From: Scenedesmus sp. PABB004
Lineage: Eukaryota
NCBI GenBank assembly: GCA_014905635.1
Contig: JABVCE010000004.1
Span: 248,001-312,000 of the forward strand
Reading direction: 5' to 3'
DNA length: 64,000 bases
The translations under genes were made by a program, and so were the position numbers. The stretch's first letter is position 1. Every line of letters starts with the position of its first letter. Shown here one piece after another: positions 57,333 to 64,000 of the stretch. Below the pieces are notes generated by a model, which saw only the letters and a list, made by a program, of their open reading frames with translations, had not been told where the DNA came from and searched no databases.

Positions 57333-60300
57333 TCAGGCGCTGCTGCTGAGCAGCCCCAGCAGCGCCCCGAGGGCGCGCGACTCGAGGGACTTCAGCCGCC
57401 GCCCGAGCGCAATGGCAGGCGGCGCGCCGCCCGCCGGCGCGACGGCCAGCCCAGCACGCGGCGCCGTGTGCGCAGAGGGCGCCGCGGTGCCGTTGGCCGC
57501 CGCCGCGCCGGGGGCGCGCCGCCAGCGCCGCCAGCGGCGGGCGCGGGCGCCGTCGTGGCGCTGGCCGCTCGGCCAGGGGTGCCGCCCGGCGCCGCCACGG
57601 GCGCTGACGCCAGCAGCACCCCGTGCGCCGGCGCCGGCGCCTGCGCGGGCGCGGCCACGCCAGGCTTGCCCTCAGGCTTGGGGCCGGCCATCAATGCGCC
57701 AGAGGCCAGCAGGGGTGCAGCGGGCGCCCGTGCGCTGGCGTTTCCCTCTGTCTGAGCTGGCGGCACCAACCTCTCCAGGTCAGCAGCCAGCGGCCCCGCC
57801 AGCTTCTCGCTAGCGTTGACAGCCTCGGCAACGGGGGCCAGCGCGGTCACGGGGCGGCCGCCGTCGCCGCTCGCGTTGGCGGGTGCGGCGGCGTGGGCCG
57901 GTGCCACGAGCGACATTATTGCGTTGACTTGGCCATCAGTCGCTCCAGGGGCTGCCGTGTTGTTGGCGGGCGCGGCGCCCGCCGGGGCCGCCACAGGAGA
58001 TGCGACGCCCGCCGACGGCGCGTGCGCGTGCAACCCGCCAGTGACATTGACCGCGGGCGTCGCTCCGGGGCCGGGTGCTGCTGCTGGCGGCGGAACCAGC
58101 CCAGTGGGGGCGCTGGGCGCCTCTGCTGTCACCTCGCTGGCGTTGGCAGCACGCTCAGCGACGGGGGCTGGCGCCGCACCAGGGCCCGCCGTGGTGTTGG
58201 TGGGCGCAGGGGCAGCCGCAGGCGGCTTGGTGCCCACCGCAGGCGGGTGCCCGTGTGCGCCGCCGCCGGTGACGTCGTCGGCGGGCGCCGCGCCGGGGCC
58301 GGCTGCTGCCGGCGCCTGAGCTGGCAGCTCGCCTCGCGCCGCGCTGGGCAGCTCTGGCTCTGCCAGCCCAGCGCCGGGTGGGATGTAGACGCTCCAGCTG
58401 GGGTCCTCAGGCTCGTCCCCACCAGCTGGCGCGCTCGGGCCAGCGGCGCGCGTGCCATTGTCTGGCACAGCCGGCGCCGACGCCTCGGGCGCGGCCGCGC
58501 GTCCCGGCGCCGCCGCCGTGCCGTTGGCCGCGGCGCCGCCGTGCGCTGTCGAGCTGTCAGCAGCCGGCGGCGGCGGCGCCGCCGCCCCGCGCGGCGCGCC
58601 GGGCAGGCTGCCTGCCTCGGGCAGCAGCGCCGGCGCCGGCGGCGCCGCGCCGCCGTCGGCGCAGCCGCGCGGGCCGCAGTCGCACGCGCCCGGCGCGGCG
58701 CGGCAGTACCAGGGGCGCAGCCCGTACAGCTGCGTGAGCAGGCGGACCTTGGACCACTGCACGTCGCGCCAGCTGTCGGCGGGGCCGACCAGGCCCTTGG
58801 TATCGCCTGCGTTCGCGTTCCAGGACCAAAAAAACCACGACACGACCGCGCCGCGCGCCTCCAGGCCGGCCAGGTAGTCTGCCAGGTCTGCCAGGAACGC
58901 CAGGTCCAGCGGGGCGATGGACGTGAGGTCGCCCCCGGCGGCGCTGGCGCTCGCGTTGGCGGCGTCGCGCACGCCAAACTCGCCGAGCACCACCGCGAGG
59001 CGCGGCAGCGGCGTGAGCTGCGCCCGGCGCGCGGCGGGCGCGGGTGTGGGGCGCGGCGCGCAGGGCCGCAGGCACGGCGCGCAGGGCCGCAGGCGCGGGC
59101 GCCGCTCACGTCGCTGAGCGTGTCCTGCCCCAGAGCTTTGAGCCCGAAGCTAAGGTCCAAGCGCTTGAACAGCTCCCCGCGCTCCTGCGTGTCCAGCCCC
59201 AGCCCTGCCGGCGGCGGCCGCCGCGGCGGCGGGGGCGCGGCGCGCGGCTCAGCCGCGGCGCGACGCAGCACGAGTTGCGGCTAGACGGCCGGCCCGCAAC
59301 GCACCCGTGAGCGTGGCGGGATAGACGTGCGGCGCGAGGGCGAGCTTGCCGGCGCTGCCCGGCGGCAGCGCGCGGAAGAAGGGCGAGGGGTCGCTGATAC
59401 CCGTGGCCGCCAGCACGGCGCGGTCGGTGATGGTGCCCTCGCCGTATGCCATGCCTGGCGCGGCGGCGGCGGCGGCTGAGGCCAGCGCGCGGCGTGCAGC
59501 GCGCGGCGCGCGGCGGTGGGCGTCTGACCGCGGCGGGCGCGCAGCGCGCGCACCGTGGTAGTAGCGCGCTGCGGGCCAGAGCGCGGGGTCGACGCGCGCC
59601 TGGCCCATCGCGTTTGCAAACACGGGCACGCCGGCGTCGACCGCGTGCAGCGCGGCCACCGCCTCACTGTACAACAACGAGCCTGGCCGGCGTGTGGGCG
59701 AGGGGGGGGGGGGGGGCTCAGCGCGGGGCAGGGGGCTTGGCGCGCGCCGCGCCGCGCCGCGCGCTGCGCCGCGCCGCGCGCTGCGCCGCGCCGTGCCGCG
59801 CCGCGCAGCGCCGCGCACCCGCGGCGCAGGTCTTCACGCCCCGGCTGTTGACGGTGTCGCGCTCCCACTGGCAGCCCCAGCGGCTGGGCTCGTTGACCAG
59901 GTCTGGCCGCCGGCGGGGGCGGCGGCGCGCAGCGGACGTCGGCGCGCGCGCCTCGGCGGCGCGCGCGGGGGCGCGCGGGGGCGTGAGCGGCTCAGCGGCC
60001 TCACCTGGGAACACGCGGCCGCGCAGATGGTCGGCATACCCCGGCAGCTCCGTGATGGCTGTCCATAAATTGCCCCAATTGGAGGCAAAGAGCGCGGGGC
60101 TCTGCGAGCAGGGGCCGCCCGGTCAGCGGGGTCCTGGGCGGGCGCGCCCCGCCTGCTGACGGCGGCCCGGCTGCCGGCGGCGGTGCTGCGCACCACCATG
60201 TTTGGGTCGAGCTCCGCGTAGCTGTGGTGATCAATCATGACGTAAAAGCCCTGAGAGCACGCCCCAGGGCAGCGGCGGCAGCAGTCGGGGGGGGGGGGGG

Positions 60301-61684
60301 GGCAGCTCGCGCCGGCCCCGGACGCGACTCGGCCCTGCAAGCAGCACAGGGCCGGGCGGCGGCTGGCCGGCGCGTGGCTCCGCACCTGGGCCACGAGGTA
60401 TTGCAGCTGCCAGAGGAAGCGGTGCAGCGCCTGCACGCCGTCGCCCTGGGGAAGGTACCTGCGGCGCAGGCGCAGGGCGGCGTCAGCCGCCGCCGCCGGC
60501 GCGCGCCGCCGCCGCAACTCAGGGCCGGCGCGCACCAGTTGCACATCGTCAGGCGCAGCTTGTCACCGTACTGCGGCGCCGCGGCGTGGCCCGGGGCGAA
60601 GGGCACCTCCCAGGGCAGGCCGCACTCGGCGCGGTCGCCCGGGCGCAGCGGCGGCGGGTGGGGCATGCCCGTGTAGGGCGGCGCCGCCGCCGCGAGCGCG
60701 CCGGGCGGCGCGGCGGCCGCCACGGCGGGGTCGAGCGTGGCGTTGAGGTTGATGTGGTCCAGCGGGTCGCGCTGGGAGGCAGGGGAGCGGCGCGGAGAAG
60801 CGACGGCGCGCGCGCGCGGTCAGGCCGCGGCCGCGGCCGCAGCCGCCGCGCTGGAGCCCCGGGCGGCGGCGACGCGCCGCGGTGCGCACCACGCAGGCAT
60901 AAAACTCGGTCCCGTCGGCTGCCGGCCGCGGCAGGTCTCGCTGGAGGTGCTTGAAGTTGAAGGGCATGCGCACGGCGTTGAAGCCTGCGGCACGCGCAGG
61001 CAGCAGTTGGCGCGGGGCGGCCGGCGCGGGGCGGGCACAGCGCTGGCCGCCCGGCCGCCCGGCTGCCGGGTCCGCACCGAGCGCCTTGAGCCGATGCACC
61101 ACGGTGGCAAAGTCGTTGGTCAGCGTGCGCTTCCAGAAGTTGGCCCCGACCACGGCGCGGTCCTCCCAACGGATGGCCGACGCCGGCGGCACCTCGGCGT
61201 CGTCATACGCCTGCGGCGGCGGCGGCGGCAGCAGTGGCAGCTGGGCGTCAGGCAGCTCCGCGCACGCAGTGAACACTGCCAGCCGCCGCGCCCACACGGC
61301 CCGCGCCGCGCCGCGCCGCACCCAGAGGCCGTCCACGCTCGCGCTGTCGGTCTCCCAGCCAAACCAGTTGACGCCATGCAGCCGAGCTGCGGCCGGCGGC
61401 TCCCCGGGGCGGTCGGGCGCCGCCACCAGCAGCTGGCCGTCCACGAGCGCGAGCGGCGGCAGCACGAGGCTCGTGCCCGCGAGGCTCTCCCAGGGCGAGG
61501 GGCACGCCGCGGGGACGCGCGCCTTGTGCAGGTTGACGCGACAAGCGCACGCCTCTGCCGGCATCGGGCGCGGCGGGAAGCGCAGGTGCTCGTCGTCGGG
61601 CGAGTCGGTGGCCGCGCTCTGCGCGGCACCAAACAGCGCCAGCGCCAGCAGCGCCGCCGCCGACGCCCGGCGGCGCGCCAGCAT
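57333..61684 (-). CDS. Glycoside hydrolase family 5 (cellulase-like), secreted, with Pro/Ala-rich C-terminal tail; 1-nt frameshift near 57512
   Basis: Signal peptide, HGVNWFGWET, GFNAVRMPF, YVMIDHH, DLVNEP (acid/base), LAPHVYP, VVLGEFG (nucleophile), WFFWSWNANAGDTKGL. Confidence 0.92.
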
Positions 61685-62363
61685 GGCTGGTTGTCTGCTG
61701 TGTGATGCTCGTGCTCCGCCGCCGGCCAGTGCACCTGCTCCCGGCCGCGCGGCGACCAGGGCAGCGGGCCGCGGCGGCGCAGCTCAGCGCCGGCGGCGCA
61801 GGGCGTGCGCGCCCCTCGCGCCAGCCAGGGTTAGGGTGGCTGTCATCGGAGGCGCGGCGTCGCATGGCCCACGTCGGGCAGCCACGCCCGCACGCCGTGT
61901 CAGCAAGGCGGGCCGAGCTGGCCGGCTCGGGCGTGGCGTGCGCGGCGCGCACCTAGCTGTCGCTACGCGCAGCAGCTCCGTGAACACTTGCTTCACGCAT
62001 GGGCAGGGTCGGCGGGGTCGCGCCGCGCTGGCGCGGGCCAGGGCGGCTCTTGGCGGGCGCGGGAAGCAGCGACCGGCCTGGCGCGGCGCGGGAGCTGGCT
62101 AGTAGCACCAGAGATAGCCGCAGAGGTCACGACGAATCCGCGCTCGGCTGCGGGCGAGCGCCGTGGTCACGGGCTGCGGAATGCCGCGAGCTGCCCGACC
62201 TGGCCAGCGCGGAGCTGCCGCGTCGAGCTGCGCAGCAACGTCGCGCCCAGTCCCTCCGACCGCACGCACGCACTACCGGCGCCGCCCGCGCCCCCGGCGC
62301 CCGCAGCGTCAGCGGCGGCGCGCACGGTCAGCCGGCGCCGCCCCGGCAGCTCAGGGACTGCCC

Positions 62364-62368
62364 TTACA
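62364..62368 (-). promoter_or_regulatory. TGTAA poly(A) signal for PILS
   Basis: About 9 nt past the stop. Confidence 0.5.
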
Positions 62369-62376
62369 CCTGCCGC

Positions 62377-64000
62377 TCACGCCGCGCGCGGGAACTCGGC
62401 GCAGAGAACGTGCAGCACGGCGGCGGTGCAGAGCGGCAGCGTGAGCGCGGCCGCCAGGTACTCCCAGAAGAGCAGCGAGGCCACCGACGCCTCCTCCTCG
62501 CCCGCGCCCGCGACCGACGCGAGCGAGTGCACCAGGAGCGCCGTCGGCGTGCACCACTCGAGCGCCATGACCGCCGCGCCGAGCGGGCCGGCGCCGCCGA
62601 GCAGTAGGCCCGCGCGCGCCGCGCACAGCACGGCGCCGCAGCCGAGCGCCGGCAGCAGCACGCAGCGGCACGCGAGCACGGCGGCGACGGTGTGTGCGGG
62701 GACGCGCCCCGGCCCGGGCCCGCCCGACAGGCTCGCGCCGAGTACGAGCAGCATCGTGGGGACGAGGCAGGCGCCGAGCATGTCCAGCACGTCCCCGGCC
62801 GCGGCGAGGCCGCCGCCGCGCGCAAACAGCGCCGCGCGCAGCGGCGGGCAGCAGCCGACGGCGACGCCGGCGACGCCGGCGAGCGCCGGCGCCGATGCGA
62901 GGCCGCGCAGCAGCGGCTGCAGGCGCCGCCGCCACTGCCCCCGGCCGCGCCCGGGCGGCGTCGGCGGCCGCGGCTGCAGCCGCCACGACGCCTCCAGCTG
63001 CTGCAGCTGCGCCAGGCGCTCACCGGTCGGCGCGGCCGGGGCGCCGCGCGGCGGCGACGCTGGCCGCTGCAGCGCTTGTACCTGCGCCGCCGCCAGCACC
63101 GGCGGCACGGCCGCTGACGCCGCCGCCACCGGCTGGGGCAGGCCAGCTGCCGGCAGAGCTGCACCAGCGTCGCCGCATGGCGCCTGCAGCAGCAGGTGGC
63201 CTGGGGTGGCGGCGCCGGCGGCGGCGGCGGCGGCGCCGGGCGTCGCGGCCAGATGCCGGCGCCGCCGGGCGGCGCGCACGCAGCACGCCGGCGCGCGGGC
63301 GGCCAGCCGCCACGCGGCCCGCACCCAGGGGCATCTGAATCAGCGTCGCGCTGAACCAGCCGAGCATGACGTAAGTGGTCGCCACCTCTGCGCACGCGGC
63401 GCCGTCGAAGGGCTGCGCCTGCGCCATCGACAGCGCGATGACGAGCGGCAGGCTGCCGGCGTTTGGGATGGCCGTCGCCGCGCGCACGACGCCGACCAGC
63501 CACGGCGGGGTGGGTAGCAGCCGCGTGTGCGCGACGCCGAGCGCGAGCCCAGCGGCGTGCCTGCGCGGGGTCGGCGGCGGGCGCGGCGTCGGCGGCGCCA
63601 GCGCCGGCCGGTGGCGCCAACAGGCGCGCGCGCTCGCGTGCTGCGCACGCTGCGGCCACGTTGACGGCGACCGGTCCGACCGGTCCGAGCACTGTCAGCG
63701 CCTGCGCCGCGTCGACGTGGCCGCCGAGCTTTGAGACCAAGAGGGCGGGCGTGAACACCTCGAGGCCCAGCCGGCTCAGCGTCCGCCGCGCGGGGGCGTC
63801 GATGAGGCCCTGCGCGCGGCCGAGCGGCGCGGCGCGGCGCGGCGCCGAGTGGGCGCGGGCACGGCCACCACCGCGCGGAGCAGCGCGCAGCCGCCATCGA
63901 CCTCAGGCCAGGTGGCCGCGCGCCCGGCGGTTGCTGGCTGCAGCTGGCCAGCTGAGCCGGCCGGCTGCAGCGCCCCTGCGCACCCGCCGGCCACAAGCCG
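62377..64000 (-). CDS. PILS: PIN-LIKES (PILS) / auxin efflux carrier family transporter; 5' end not resolved, probably outside window
   Basis: LSRLGLEVFTPALLVSKLG, PNAGSLPLVI, LGACLVPTMLLVLGASL, RCVLLP, TPTA, SLLFWEYL. Confidence 0.88.

Overview
Very GC-rich (roughly 75-80% by eye), gene-dense nuclear DNA of a chlorophyte green alga (inferred from nuclear ATPG with a transit peptide, plant-type TOM22/TOM9, SWEET, PILS, TGTAA poly(A) signals and short GC-rich spliceosomal introns). The six-frame ORF track is mostly GC-driven noise; genes were rebuilt by hand from exons. About 22 genes: MFS transporter (3' part), SEC6, RPC5, SDHAF3, TOM22, PET117, ORC5, a low-complexity protein with an RPN10-like tail, peptide deformylase, ATPG, SWEET, CSN9, TPR-SGNH protein, GlpF-type aquaglyceroporin, ELG1/ATAD5, a secreted unknown, a plastid membrane unknown, an N-truncated APH/HYKK-like kinase, MRM1, a tesmin/CXC factor, a ZGPAT-like protein with a partial tandem copy, a GH5 glycanase and PILS (5' end not resolved). 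Best leads: (1) a co-oriented mitochondrial biogenesis cluster PET117-TOM22-SDHAF3 with only 28 nt between TOM22 and SDHAF3, i.e. a likely bicistronic mRNA; (2) very frequent GC-AG introns (8 of about 20 in SEC6); (3) an aquaglyceroporin with a >200 aa loop-C insertion; (4) a ZGPAT lacking its CCCH finger plus a recent partial duplicate; (5) an RPN10 C-terminal-like motif on a non-RPN10 protein. Several apparent frameshifts sit in homopolymer/dinucleotide runs and are probably assembly errors. No rRNA, tRNA, CRISPR or transposon was recognised. All family calls are from motif recognition, not database searches.
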